A stretch of 64,000 nucleotides of DNA, from the NCBI GenBank assembly GCA_045863395.1, contig BTVJ01000042.1, forward strand, positions 1-64,000, given 5' to 3'. The position numbers and the translations under genes were made by a program. This document shows, in pieces, positions 1-9,467 of this stretch; position 1 is the stretch's first letter; every line of letters starts with the position of its first letter. The DNA is from Myxococcales bacterium (GTDB taxonomy: Bacteria; Myxococcota_A; UBA9042; JABWCM01; BTVJ01). The notes beneath the pieces are model-generated. The model did no database searches. It saw only the letters and a list, made by a program, of their open reading frames with translations, and was not told the origin of the DNA.

Positions 1-1
1 G

Positions 2-877
2 TGCGACGGCGAGGACAACGACTGCGACGCGGTCATCGACGAGGACTTCCCTACGTTGGGGCAGCCCTGTGACGGGGCGGACGCCGATCTCTGCTCGAAC
101 GGCGTGTTGGTCTGCGGCGCGGCCGGCATCGGGGTGTCCTGCCTGGAGACCGGCGCCGCCAAGGTCGAGCTGTGCAACGGCGCGGACGACGACTGCGACG
201 GTGACGTGGACGAGGGCTTCGGGCTGGGCGACCCCTGCGACGGGCCGGACCCGGACCTGTGCGCCGGTGGGCAGATCGCCTGCGCTCCTGCCGGGGGCAC
301 CACCTGTGCCGGCGACGTGCCGGTCGTCGAGGTGTGCAACGGCGCCGACGACGACTGCGACGGGGACGTCGACGAGGGCTTCCCCCTCGGCGCGTCCTGC
401 GACGGCGACGATGCGGACCAGTGCGAGAACGGAGTCCTGGTGTGCGCGCCGGACGGGGGCCTCGCCTGCGCGGAGGGGCCCGGCGTCGTCGAGACCTGCA
501 ATGGCTTGGACGATGACTGCGACGGCGAGACGGACGAGGACTGGCCCGCGCTGGGCGAGCCGTGCGACGGTCCCGACGCGGACGGCTGCGAGAACGGGGT
601 CCTGGTGTGCGGTCTCGAGGGGGAGCCGGTGTGCGGCGACGAGGCGGTCACGGACCTCGTCGAGGTCTGCTCCACTGCGGAGGACGACGACTGCGACGGC
701 GTGGTCAACGAGGGCTGCTCCGTGGGCGGGGTGCGCCTGGCGTTCCCGTCCTTCGCCATGCCGGCCACCGCTGGCGCTGCGTGGGGCGCGTCGGTCAGCG
801 GTGGCGAGAGCGTGATGGGGACCGCCCTGGGAGGACCCGCGGCGAGCTTCGGGGTGCGGCTCGGGGGTGTGTGGTGA
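2..877 (+). CDS. Cys/Asp-rich repeat surface protein (putative metal-binding 'CNGxDDDCDGxxDE' repeats), 5'-truncated by window edge
   Basis: Frame is open from base 2 (CDGEDNDCDAVIDEDF). About five ExCNG/STxDDDCDGxxDE units alternate with CDGxDxDxCxxG units, resembling the MopE-like putative metal-binding motif common in Myxococcota. Confidence 0.8.
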   Translation, partial: CDGEDNDCDAVIDEDFPTLGQPCDGADADLCSNGVLVCGAAGIGVSCLETGAAKVELCNGADDDCDGDVDEGFGLGDPCDGPDPDLCAGGQIACAPAGGTTCAGDVPVVEVCNGADDDCDGDVDEGFPLGASCDGDDADQCENGVLVCAPDGGLACAEGPGVVETCNGLDDDCDGETDEDWPALGEPCDGPDADGCENGVLVCGLEGEPVCGDEAVTDLVEVCSTAEDDDCDGVVNEGCSVGGVRLAFPSFAMPATAGAAWGASVSGGESVMGTALGGPAASFGVRLGGVW

Positions 878-903
878 CGGGATTACTGGCACGGAGTGGC
901 GCC

Positions 904-2394
904 ATGAAGCGTGGACTTGGCTGGGCGGTCGCCGCCTGTCTCACCCTGGCGGGCGTGGCCCGGGCCGACGTTCCGGCCCTGTTGCCGACCCAGGGCCTGC
1001 TGCTCGACAACGCCGGGCTGCCGGTCAGCGACGGGCAGTACTACGTGACCTTCTCGCTCTATGGCGCCGCGTCGGGCGGCTCGCCCCTGTGGAGCGAGTC
1101 CTGGCCGCCCGCGGGTGTCGACTGCGCAACACCCGGCGCGTGCGTGGCGACCCAGGGCGGCGCCTTCGCCCTGCTCCTCGGGAGCCACCAGCCGCTGTCT
1201 CCCGCTCTGTTCGCCACGGCGCCGGAGCTCTGGCTGGGCATCCGCGTGGAGCTGGACCCGGAGCTGCCGAGGCGCCGGGTCGCGACCAGCGCCTACGCCT
1301 TCCGCGCTGCCTCTGCGGCCAGCGCCGACGTGGCCGCTGCCCTGAGCTGCACGGGGTGCGTTGCCCCCGGGGCCCTCGGGTTCCCCACGCCCGGGGCGGA
1401 CGTCGCCGGGGGCTCGGCGCTCCACGCGCTGGCCGCTGCGACCCTGAGCTGCACGGGCTGCGTGGGCCCCGGCGAGGTCAGCTTCCCGTATGCGGCAGGC
1501 GCGACCAAGGGGGGAGCCGCGACGGGCCTCCAGTGCAGCGGCTGCGTGTCCATCGCGGAGCTGGACGATGAGGCAGTCGCGGCGCTGTCGACGCTCTACA
1601 CGGACCAGATGGCCATCGCCGCCATCGAGGGCGCCGGGTTCATGCGCACGACCGACCCGGTGAGCCCGGCGCAGCTCCCCAACGATGGGCTCGACGAGGT
1701 GAGCAACGGCGCACTGACCACGCAGTTCCAGCACTCCTACGTGGCGGACGGCCCCATCCCCATCCCCGACTTCGCGCCGCCCTTCCCCGTGGCCACGGCG
1801 ACGGTCGCGGTGCCCTCCCTCGGCGTGTGCGAGACCCTGTCCATCCAGGTCCACATCTCCCATGCGGACGTGGGGCAGCTCGTCGTGACGCTCAAGTCTC
1901 CCGCGGGGGTGTCGGTAGTGCTCCACAACCAGGGCGGCGCCGGCACCAGCACGCTGTTCACCAACTACCCGTCGCCCACCAAGCCGGCGTCGGGGAACCT
2001 GGAGCAGTTCTTCGGGACGGATCTGGCCGGCACCTGGACCCTGGAGGTCTCGGACAAGGTCGGCGGCGGTACGGGTACAATCCAGTCCTTCTGGATCCAC
2101 GTCGGCGTGCTGAGCGGCAGCGCGGTCGGGGTCAACGGTGACCTGCAGGTCGCGGGCGCCCTGACGGTGGGCGGCAAGACCGTCACCGGCGCGCCGGCGC
2201 TCGCCTGCGTGCCCGCTGCTGCCACCAACCTGGGCGGAGGCACCTGGTCGCTTGGCTGCACCGGCAAGGTCCTGCTCATGGGCTGGTTCGAGTCGGGAGC
2301 CTCCTGGATCCCGGAGCCCCTGTGCGTGGGCAAGACGTCCTGTTCTCGAGCGGCGACGGGGGCGACGGGCTCCTGCTGCTCCATCACCCCATGA
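904..2394 (+). CDS. Secreted protein with proprotein-convertase P-domain and three CxxC repeats
   Basis: ATG 904 gives a signal peptide (MKRGLGWAVAACLTLAGVARA). LSCTGCV/LQCSGCV occurs three times. The C-terminal part has a P-domain pattern (ISHADVGQLVVTLKSPAG...GTWTLEVSDKVGGGTGTIQSF). Confidence 0.72.
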   Translation: MKRGLGWAVAACLTLAGVARADVPALLPTQGLLLDNAGLPVSDGQYYVTFSLYGAASGGSPLWSESWPPAGVDCATPGACVATQGGAFALLLGSHQPLSPALFATAPELWLGIRVELDPELPRRRVATSAYAFRAASAASADVAAALSCTGCVAPGALGFPTPGADVAGGSALHALAAATLSCTGCVGPGEVSFPYAAGATKGGAATGLQCSGCVSIAELDDEAVAALSTLYTDQMAIAAIEGAGFMRTTDPVSPAQLPNDGLDEVSNGALTTQFQHSYVADGPIPIPDFAPPFPVATATVAVPSLGVCETLSIQVHISHADVGQLVVTLKSPAGVSVVLHNQGGAGTSTLFTNYPSPTKPASGNLEQFFGTDLAGTWTLEVSDKVGGGTGTIQSFWIHVGVLSGSAVGVNGDLQVAGALTVGGKTVTGAPALACVPAAATNLGGGTWSLGCTGKVLLMGWFESGASWIPEPLCVGKTSCSRAATGATGSCCSITP

Positions 2395-3032
2395 CGCGGG
2401 CGGTCGTCGCGCTGGCGCTGGCGCTCTGCTGTGCGCCCGCCTTGGCCGAGCCCGCTCCGCCCGGACCGCTCTACATCCAGCCCCTCGGCGCTGCGCTCCC
2501 CGACGCGGACGTCGCCCTGGTGAAGGAGGCGCTGGCGCTGTTCTACGGCCTGGACGTGCGCGTGCTGCCCCGCGCCGAGCATCCGAAGGACGCGTGGTAC
2601 GCGCCGCGAAAGAGGTGGCGGGCGGACGAGCTCCTCGACTTCCTCGCGCCGCGCCTGCCCGCGGGCGGCTACCGGATCCTCGGCCTGACCGCCGCGGACA
2701 TCTCGACCACCAAGGGCGACGTCCACGACTGGGGCATCCTGGGCCTCGCGACCATCGACGGGCGCGCCTGTGTGGTCAGCGCCTTCCGCACTGGCAGGGG
2801 CGTCAACCGGCAGCGCGCCCGACAGCGCCTCGCCAAGGTCGCGGTCCACGAGATCGGGCACACCCTCGGCCTCCCGCACTGCCCCACGGTCGGGTGCCTC
2901 ATGGAGGATGCGCGGGGGAAGGTGGCGACCACGGACCGGGAGGGCGATCTGTGCGAGCTGTGCCGCGCGGAGCTCAAGCGGAGGGGGCGCCCCGTGCAGC
3001 CCGTCGCCGAGCTGCCGTGGCCGCAGCCGTAG
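2391..3032 (+). CDS. Archaemetzincin-family (M54) zinc metalloprotease with signal peptide
   Basis: HEIGHTLGLPHC zinc motif followed by CxxxxCLM (Met-turn) and CELC. ATGA overlap with the upstream stop. Confidence 0.85.
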   Translation: MTRAVVALALALCCAPALAEPAPPGPLYIQPLGAALPDADVALVKEALALFYGLDVRVLPRAEHPKDAWYAPRKRWRADELLDFLAPRLPAGGYRILGLTAADISTTKGDVHDWGILGLATIDGRACVVSAFRTGRGVNRQRARQRLAKVAVHEIGHTLGLPHCPTVGCLMEDARGKVATTDREGDLCELCRAELKRRGRPVQPVAELPWPQP

Positions 3033-3039
3033 GCCTGGC

Positions 3040-5256
3040 TCACCGAAGCGTCGGCGCCGGTCCCGCGTCAGGGGAGCTGTCGGAGGCCTCGGCCCCGTGC
3101 ATCGAGTTCGTGGCGGCCCCCGCATCGAGGACCGCCGTCCCCGCGGCGCTACGGCCTGCTGCTGCGCCCGCATCGAGGACCGCCGTCCCCGCGGCGTCAC
3201 GGCCCGCGGCCGCGCCCGTGTCGGGGACGCCTCCCCCCGCGCCGTCACGGGTCGCGGCTGCTCCCCCGTCGCCGACCGTCGCGTCCGGGCGGTCGCCCAC
3301 CCGGTGGGCTCCCGCATCCGGGAGCGCCGCTGTCGGTCCGCCGTCCGCTGGGGCCGCTCCCGCGTCCGGCACCACCTCTCCCCCTCGTGGGGCCCCTGCG
3401 TCCGACTCGCCGGGCACCGCGACGGACGCCTCCACATCCTCAGCCTCACCCAGCGGGGGCCTCGCCGCCTCGTCGATGGCCGCGAGGAGCCGGGGCACCG
3501 CGGCGGCGGCCACCTTCAGCGTCAGCACGGCCACGGCGTCGTCCGTCGACACCTCCCAGCTCCTCAGCTCCTCCGGCGGGAGGCGGTCGATGAGGCTCTG
3601 GCCACCGACGGCGAGGGTCGTCGGCGGGAGAGCCGCCCGGTCGAGGCGCGCCGCGACGGCGTCGAGGCGCAGCAGGACGGAGTCTCGTGCTCCGCGGTCC
3701 CCCGCCTCCGCGAGGGTGCGCGTCGCGGCCGCCAGCTCACGGACGGACTCCGCGAGCCCGAGCAGCTCGGCCCCCTGCGTGGCGGACCGCTGCTCCTGGA
3801 GCAGGTCCCGCTCTCGCTGCTCCCGCCACGCCAGGGCACGGGCACGCCACGACCGGGCGGCGGCGGCGTCGGGGAGCGCCAGCGACAGGCGGGCCTCCGC
3901 GTCGTCCGGCGAGGGCGTGATCACGACGGCGAGATCGTGGGCCGCCTCCACCTCGGAGCCGAGCGGGAGCAGCGCACGCCACGGGTCCGCGGCATCCGGA
4001 GCGTAGGCCCAGAGCGGGCCCCCTCGCGAGAGATCGTCGAGGCGCCGCATGTGGCGCGGGTCGGCTCCGAGGCACAGGTCCTCGTCGCTCGCGCAGGCCA
4101 TGACCGCGTCGACCACGGTCGCGTGACCGAACACCAGGGTGTCTCCTGGCGCCACCCCTGCCTCGGGCTCCGCGAGCCCGGGAGGGAGCGCTCCGCCCGC
4201 TGCGGCGCCGGGGGCAAGCAGCGCCGCGCGTCCACCCTCGACCACGAGCAGCACCGCGTCAGCGCTCTCGAGCGGGCCCCGGAGCGCCTCCCGCTGTCCC
4301 TCGTCCGCCCCTACGGCTTGGAGCGCGGCGTCCAGGGAGGGCCTCGCGAGGTCTCCCAGGTGGGCAGGCACCACGCCGGAGACCATGGCCACCCGCGCGG
4401 GCACGAGCTCCACGGCGCGAGGAGCGGGCTGCAGCAGCACTCCGAGCGTCCCGATGACGACCCCGACGAAGGCCAGCGCGACGACCACCGTAGCCCAGAA
4501 GCGGCCCCCCGCAACGGCCCCGTCGCCCTTGCGCTTGCCGACCAGCCACGAGATCAGGATGCCGATGCCGTAGAGCCCGATGAGGGGCACCGCCATCAGG
4601 CTCTGGGAGATGGGGTCCGGAGGGGTCAGGATTGCGCCCACGATGAAGGCGACCACCACGAAGTACCGGAAGCCCTTGATCAGCTTCGTGTGGTTGACGA
4701 CCCCGAGCACGGACAGGAAGAAGATCACGAGGGGGAGCTCGAAGATCACCCCGAACAGCAACATGCTCGTCAGGGAGAACCCAAAGGCGTTGCTGACGGT
4801 CAGCACCAGCTCGACGCGCCCCCCCTCCTGGGTCATCTCGGCGAGAAAGCCCGTCATGAAGGGCATCATCACCTTGTAGGCGAACGAGACCCCGAGGAAG
4901 AAGAACAGCGCGGAGAAGGTGGCGATGGGCAGGATCCACCGCTGCTCGTGGGGCAAGAGCCCCGGGCCCACGAAGGACCAGAGCTGATAGAAGATGTACG
5001 GCGACGTGCCGAGGACCGCGGCGACCGCCGACACTTTCACGTAGACGATGATGGTCTCGGTGATCTGGAGCGCCTGGAGCTTGAAGATGCCGTTGGCCGC
5101 GAGCCCGTCGAGCAGGGGGCGGGCGATGAGCTCGAACAGCTCCAGGTGCCAGTTGTAGGCCACGAAGAAGCCAAGCAGCACCGCGATGGCGGACCGCGTG
5201 AGGCAGTTCCGGAGCTCCACCAGGTGCTCCGTGAACGTCATCTCGGCCTGGGTCAT
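3040..5256 (-). CDS. tatC: Twin-arginine translocase subunit TatC with long C-terminal extension
   Basis: MTFTEHLVELR, YQLWSFVGPGL, FGVIFELP and LTPPDPISQ motifs in the first ~245 aa, then ~490 extra aa. Confidence 0.92.
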   Translation of the reverse strand: MTQAEMTFTEHLVELRNCLTRSAIAVLLGFFVAYNWHLELFELIARPLLDGLAANGIFKLQALQITETIIVYVKVSAVAAVLGTSPYIFYQLWSFVGPGLLPHEQRWILPIATFSALFFFLGVSFAYKVMMPFMTGFLAEMTQEGGRVELVLTVSNAFGFSLTSMLLFGVIFELPLVIFFLSVLGVVNHTKLIKGFRYFVVVAFIVGAILTPPDPISQSLMAVPLIGLYGIGILISWLVGKRKGDGAVAGGRFWATVVVALAFVGVVIGTLGVLLQPAPRAVELVPARVAMVSGVVPAHLGDLARPSLDAALQAVGADEGQREALRGPLESADAVLLVVEGGRAALLAPGAAAGGALPPGLAEPEAGVAPGDTLVFGHATVVDAVMACASDEDLCLGADPRHMRRLDDLSRGGPLWAYAPDAADPWRALLPLGSEVEAAHDLAVVITPSPDDAEARLSLALPDAAAARSWRARALAWREQRERDLLQEQRSATQGAELLGLAESVRELAAATRTLAEAGDRGARDSVLLRLDAVAARLDRAALPPTTLAVGGQSLIDRLPPEELRSWEVSTDDAVAVLTLKVAAAAVPRLLAAIDEAARPPLGEAEDVEASVAVPGESDAGAPRGGEVVPDAGAAPADGGPTAALPDAGAHRVGDRPDATVGDGGAAATRDGAGGGVPDTGAAAGRDAAGTAVLDAGAAAGRSAAGTAVLDAGAATNSMHGAEASDSSPDAGPAPTLR
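3121..3216. repeat. 48-bp tandem repeat (2 copies) in the low-complexity tatC tail
   Basis: cgcatcgaggaccgccgtccccgcggcg starts at both 3121 and 3169; encodes GAAAGRxAAGTAVLDA units. Confidence 0.8.
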
Positions 5257-5672
5257 TCGGGATCGGGCTCAGCCGGGGACTTGACGTCCGCGGAGGGGGA
5301 TGCGGAGGGCGAGCGGGGGATGGCGTCCTTGGCGGCGACCACCCGCGGGGTGAGCGGAGGCCCCGGGCGGTCGACCTCGACGGGCTCGGCGGTGGACGGT
5401 GCCGGTGGCGCCCCGCCAGAGCTCTCCGGCGCGTCCGGGCTCGGCTGGGCCGTCACAGCAGAGGCCGGTGGGCGCGGCGGTGCAGGCCGCACGCGGCGCT
5501 CCACCTCGTCGGTCTCCTCGTTGATCTGCCGCTGGAAGTCGGTCGTCGCCTTGCGGAACTCCCGCAGCCCCTTGCCCAGCGACTTCGCGATCTCGGGCAG
5601 CTTCGCCGGCCCGAGCACGATCAGCGCGATGATCAGGATGAGCAGGATTTCGCCGGCGCCGAGCCCGAACAT
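5253..5672 (-). CDS. tatB: Twin-arginine translocase TatA/TatB family subunit
   Basis: MFGLGAGEILLILIIALIVLGPAKLPEIAKSLGKGLREFRKA (TM plus amphipathic helix), Pro-rich tail, overlaps tatC start. TatA versus TatB is not fully resolvable. Confidence 0.82.
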   Translation of the reverse strand: MFGLGAGEILLILIIALIVLGPAKLPEIAKSLGKGLREFRKATTDFQRQINEETDEVERRVRPAPPRPPASAVTAQPSPDAPESSGGAPPAPSTAEPVEVDRPGPPLTPRVVAAKDAIPRSPSASPSADVKSPAEPDPE

Positions 5673-5763
5673 CGTTCCTCCACGGGTCCCCCAAGGGACC
5701 CGGCCGCATCGTAGGGACCCGCGCCGCGGCCTGTCAAGATGGGGTGGTCTGCCCTGCGGTCTC

Positions 5764-8334
5764 TCAGAAGTCCCGCTCGTGGCTCTCCACGAAGTCGGGT
5801 GTCGCTCCGATGGGCGTGGACCGGACGGGCGCCGTGCCCCTCTTGTGTGGGACCAGCATGCCTCCCTCCTTCGCCAGGAGGCCCGTGGCGGGGTCTATGC
5901 GCGCCACCTCCACGCCTGCCGGCGCGCGATCCATGAACCGCCGCTTGGGGCGCCCCGCGTTGGCCACCTTCATCCAGTCGAGCCACACGGGGAGCGCCGC
6001 GTCGCCTCCGTAGATGCGGTTCTGCTTGACGCTGCGCCCGAGCGGTCTCTCTCTGCGGTCGGACCCGATCCAGGCGCCCGCGACGAAGTGGTCCGTGAAG
6101 CCGATGAACCAGACGTCGTAGGGCAGGGTGCCCGTCTTGCCGGCGGCCTGGTGATCCAGCTCCTTGCCGACGCGCGACCCGGTGCCCCGCACGGTCACCT
6201 CTCGCAGGTTCGCCCCGGTGACGTAGGCTGTCGCGGGGTCGATGAGCTGCTGCGGCGCCCCCGCCGCCGCGTCGTACAGCGCGTCGAGCATGTCGCGGGC
6301 GTCGTTGCCGGGGTCGCCGGGTACCAGATGGCGCGCGAGCACCCGCCCGTCCCGATCCACGACCTTCCGCAGCAGCGTCCGGGGCGCCACGCGCCCCTCC
6401 CGCGCGAAGGCGGCGTAGGCGCCGGTCATGTCCCACAGGGTCTGGTCGGTCCCGAGCACCTCCGAGGGATAGCCCTGGAGCTCGCGCCCCAGCCCGAGGC
6501 GGCGCCCCCACTCCTTCCAGCGCTCCTTGCCGCCCTGGTCGAGGACGTACTGGAGCACCCGCAGGCTGATGCTGTTCTCGCTCCTCGTGAGCCCGTCCCA
6601 GAGGGTCATGTCGGGGATCGCCTTGTCGCCCGTGGGGTTGTAGCCGTCGAGGCGGAAGGGCGCGCCCGAGAAGAGCGTGGATGGCGCGAGGCCCAGATCG
6701 TAGGCCAGCGAGTAGACGATGGGCTTCATGGTGCTGCCGGTCTGGCGCAGCGCGTGGACCCGGTCCACCTCGGAGCGGTCGTGGTCCCAGCCGCCGACCA
6801 GGGCCTTGACCTGGCCCGTGTCCGGGTCGAAGGCGACGAAGGCCCCCTCCACCTGCGGTGGTTGGAGCAGGGTGAGCCGGAGCTGCCCCTCCGGGGTCGG
6901 CACCCAGCCCTTGGGCTTGCGCGCGGGCTCCTCGAGGACCCTCGCCAGCACCACGTCGCCCGGCTTGAAGGTCGCCGCGGCGTCCGCGAGCTTGGGCTGC
7001 CAGGACACCGCCTTGGACTCGTCTCGCACCGTGACCGTCTGAAGGACGCCGCCCTTGCGCTGGCGCCGCTCCACCACCGGCAGCTCCGTGTAGGGCCCGG
7101 CCCAGCTCACCTCGCTGGGCGGGAGGAAGCCGCGCACCGACGGGGTGACCAGCACCTCGACGCCCGCCTTGCCGGCCGAGGCCACGATGACCGGGGTGAT
7201 GTCGCCGGGGCCCGGCGCTCCCCTGAACCACGCCTCCACGCGCGCGAGGACCCCGTCGCGGGCCTTGGCGTCCGGGACCTTCGCGAGGGGGCCGCGCCAC
7301 CCCTGCTTCCGGTCCACGGCGGTGAGCCCGGCGGCGAGCGCCTCCTCGGCGGCCAGGCCCAAGGGCACGCTCGCCGTGGTCGACACGGAGAGGCCGCGCC
7401 GGAGCCAGTCGTCGCCCGCGAGATCGCGCAGGCCGCGGCGCACCTCCTCCGTGAACCACGGCACCTTCGAGGCGAAGTCGTCCATCAACGGGTAGACCTC
7501 GAGGGGGGCGGCCGCCGCTGCGTCGGCCTCCTCCCGCGTGGCGAAGCCCGCCTCCACCATGCGGTCGAGGACCTCGCGCTGGCGTCTTCGCGACGCGGTC
7601 ATGTTGACCGCCGGGTTCACGCGGGACGGCGACTGGGGGAGGCCGGCGATCATCGCCATCTCCCCGAGGGACAGCTCCCAGACGTTCTTCCTGAAGTAGT
7701 TCTGGGCGGCGGCCTGGACGCCGTAGCTGTTGTGCCCCAAGAAGATCTTGTTCAGGTAGAGCAGCAGGATCTGCTCCTTCGTGTAGCTGTCCTCCAGCCT
7801 TCGAGCGAAGATGGCCTCGCGCACCTTGCGGGCCAGTGTCTTGTCCCGGCCGAGGGTCTGCTTCGCGAGCTGCTGCGTGATGGTGCTCCCGCCCTCTACC
7901 ACACCACCGGCTCTCAGGTTGGACAGGGCCGCTCGCAGCACGCCCCGCAGGTCGATGCCCTCGTGGGAGAAGAACCGCTTGTCCTCGACCGCCAGGAACG
8001 CGAGCAGCAGCCTGCGCGGGATCTTCTCGTAGGGGAGCAGGATTCGCCGCTCCTCGAACAGCTCCCCGATGACCTGCCCGTCGTCGGCGGTGAAGGTGGT
8101 CACCCCCTCGAAGGTGTGCTGCTCGAAGGGGAGGATCTCGGGCAGGCCGCGTGCGAAGGTCGCGTACAGCACGAACCCGGCTGCGCCGGCGCTCAGCGCG
8201 ACCGCTACGCCGAGGAACACCAGCGCGCGGAGCGTCACGGCGAGCACGCTCCGGCTCCGCGGGTTCGCTATGACGATCACCTGGTCTACTCGGCGATTCC
8301 TCGGCTCCACGTGCTGCCACCTCCGGCGCGCCAT
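5764..8334 (-). CDS. mrcA: Class A penicillin-binding protein (PBP1A family, transglycosylase-transpeptidase)
   Basis: EDKRFFSHEGID, GGSTITQQL and RKVRE transglycosylase motifs; STMK, SEN and GKTGT transpeptidase motifs; N-terminal TM anchor. Start uncertain (8334-8400). Confidence 0.9.
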   Translation of the reverse strand: MARRRWQHVEPRNRRVDQVIVIANPRSRSVLAVTLRALVFLGVAVALSAGAAGFVLYATFARGLPEILPFEQHTFEGVTTFTADDGQVIGELFEERRILLPYEKIPRRLLLAFLAVEDKRFFSHEGIDLRGVLRAALSNLRAGGVVEGGSTITQQLAKQTLGRDKTLARKVREAIFARRLEDSYTKEQILLLYLNKIFLGHNSYGVQAAAQNYFRKNVWELSLGEMAMIAGLPQSPSRVNPAVNMTASRRRQREVLDRMVEAGFATREEADAAAAAPLEVYPLMDDFASKVPWFTEEVRRGLRDLAGDDWLRRGLSVSTTASVPLGLAAEEALAAGLTAVDRKQGWRGPLAKVPDAKARDGVLARVEAWFRGAPGPGDITPVIVASAGKAGVEVLVTPSVRGFLPPSEVSWAGPYTELPVVERRQRKGGVLQTVTVRDESKAVSWQPKLADAAATFKPGDVVLARVLEEPARKPKGWVPTPEGQLRLTLLQPPQVEGAFVAFDPDTGQVKALVGGWDHDRSEVDRVHALRQTGSTMKPIVYSLAYDLGLAPSTLFSGAPFRLDGYNPTGDKAIPDMTLWDGLTRSENSISLRVLQYVLDQGGKERWKEWGRRLGLGRELQGYPSEVLGTDQTLWDMTGAYAAFAREGRVAPRTLLRKVVDRDGRVLARHLVPGDPGNDARDMLDALYDAAAGAPQQLIDPATAYVTGANLREVTVRGTGSRVGKELDHQAAGKTGTLPYDVWFIGFTDHFVAGAWIGSDRRERPLGRSVKQNRIYGGDAALPVWLDWMKVANAGRPKRRFMDRAPAGVEVARIDPATGLLAKEGGMLVPHKRGTAPVRSTPIGATPDFVESHERDF

Positions 8335-8618
8335 GATACGCGCGCGCTCCCCCCCGTGGAAGTCGCCCCCCCGGCTCGGGGCCGTGCGCCGCGCCTGCAC
8401 GCGGGCCCCGGTCCACAGGGGTGTGGCACGAATGTGCTACTTGACTATGTCTCTTTGCGCCATGTTGCCGAGGCTCAAGCCTCTGATTTCACTTGCAGTT
8501 CACGGCGGAAGGTGCGGCAATGCTTGCCTCTGGTCGGCGTTGACCGCGTGATTGGGGTCAAGTTGCTGGGGAAACCCTCCGATGTGGGCAGGCGTGTGGA
8601 CCGCCCAAGGAGTGCGTC

Positions 8619-9356
8619 ATGGCGTTCTGGAACCGTCGTGCCGAAGAGGATGCTACGTCGTCGCCTGCCCCGCCCGCCGCGTCCCTCGCGAGCCGGGACG
8701 TGCGGAACCTCATCGACGCGTGCTGCGCGCGCAAGGCAGCGGTGGTGGTCCTCTGCAGCGACGTGGGCATGACCTACAATGGTCGCTTCCAGGAGCTGCG
8801 CGACGACGTGATCCACATCGAGGTCCTCACGGCGGACCCGCCTGCGATCAAGCTGCTCTCGCTCTGCGTGGTGACGTTCAACCACGGCACCCGTGCGCGG
8901 GTCTTCCTCGCATCGGTGCTTGGGGCCGAGCTGGTCGGGAACACCAACCGCCTCATGGTCCAGCTCCCGACCGAAATGATCGGCGCCGAGGGGCGCTTCG
9001 CCTTCCGCGTGCCGGTCCTGGACGAGGCCGTCTTCCGTGTGCTCGTCAAGCACACGGGGGGGGAGCTGGAGGTCCAGCCCATCGACCTGAGCCTGACGGG
9101 CATCCAGATCGAGGTCCCCGAGGGGCGGGCGCTGGACGCCGCCATCGATGACCCCGTCGTTGTCAGCCTGGACCACCCGAAGCACAAGATCACGCTCGGC
9201 GCCGTGGTGCGACGGACTGCCGGCCGGCGCTACGGGCTCTTCTTCCCCGACACGGTCCAGGTCGGTGGCCGGGTCGATCCCCCCGAGACCCTCATGGCCC
9301 TCGTCCGTGAGGTCGAGCTGCTCTGGATTCGCGGGCGCCGCGACGCGGAGTGCTGA
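8619..9356 (+). CDS. PilZ-domain (YcgR-like) c-di-GMP receptor
   Basis: RFAFR (RxxxR) and DLSLTG (DxSxxG) motifs, with an N-terminal beta domain; aggag RBS upstream. Confidence 0.75.
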   Translation: MAFWNRRAEEDATSSPAPPAASLASRDVRNLIDACCARKAAVVVLCSDVGMTYNGRFQELRDDVIHIEVLTADPPAIKLLSLCVVTFNHGTRARVFLASVLGAELVGNTNRLMVQLPTEMIGAEGRFAFRVPVLDEAVFRVLVKHTGGELEVQPIDLSLTGIQIEVPEGRALDAAIDDPVVVSLDHPKHKITLGAVVRRTAGRRYGLFFPDTVQVGGRVDPPETLMALVREVELLWIRGRRDAEC

Positions 9357-9467
9357 CCCGCCCGCGCAGTCTCCCTGCCAGCAGCTCCCTTGCCCGCCAT
9401 CGTCAGTCGCGCTACAACCGTCAGCTCACGGCGAGCCACGACGGGCCCGCCGCATGGAGGGGCCGCG

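Noticed and set aside
8424..8438. TGGCACGAATGTGCT as a sigma54 promoter
   Set aside because: GG-to-GC spacing is 9 rather than the required 10.
2770..8772. 2000-aa + strand ORF
   Set aside because: Antisense shadow of tatC, tatB and PBP1A; no motifs; expected in high-GC DNA.
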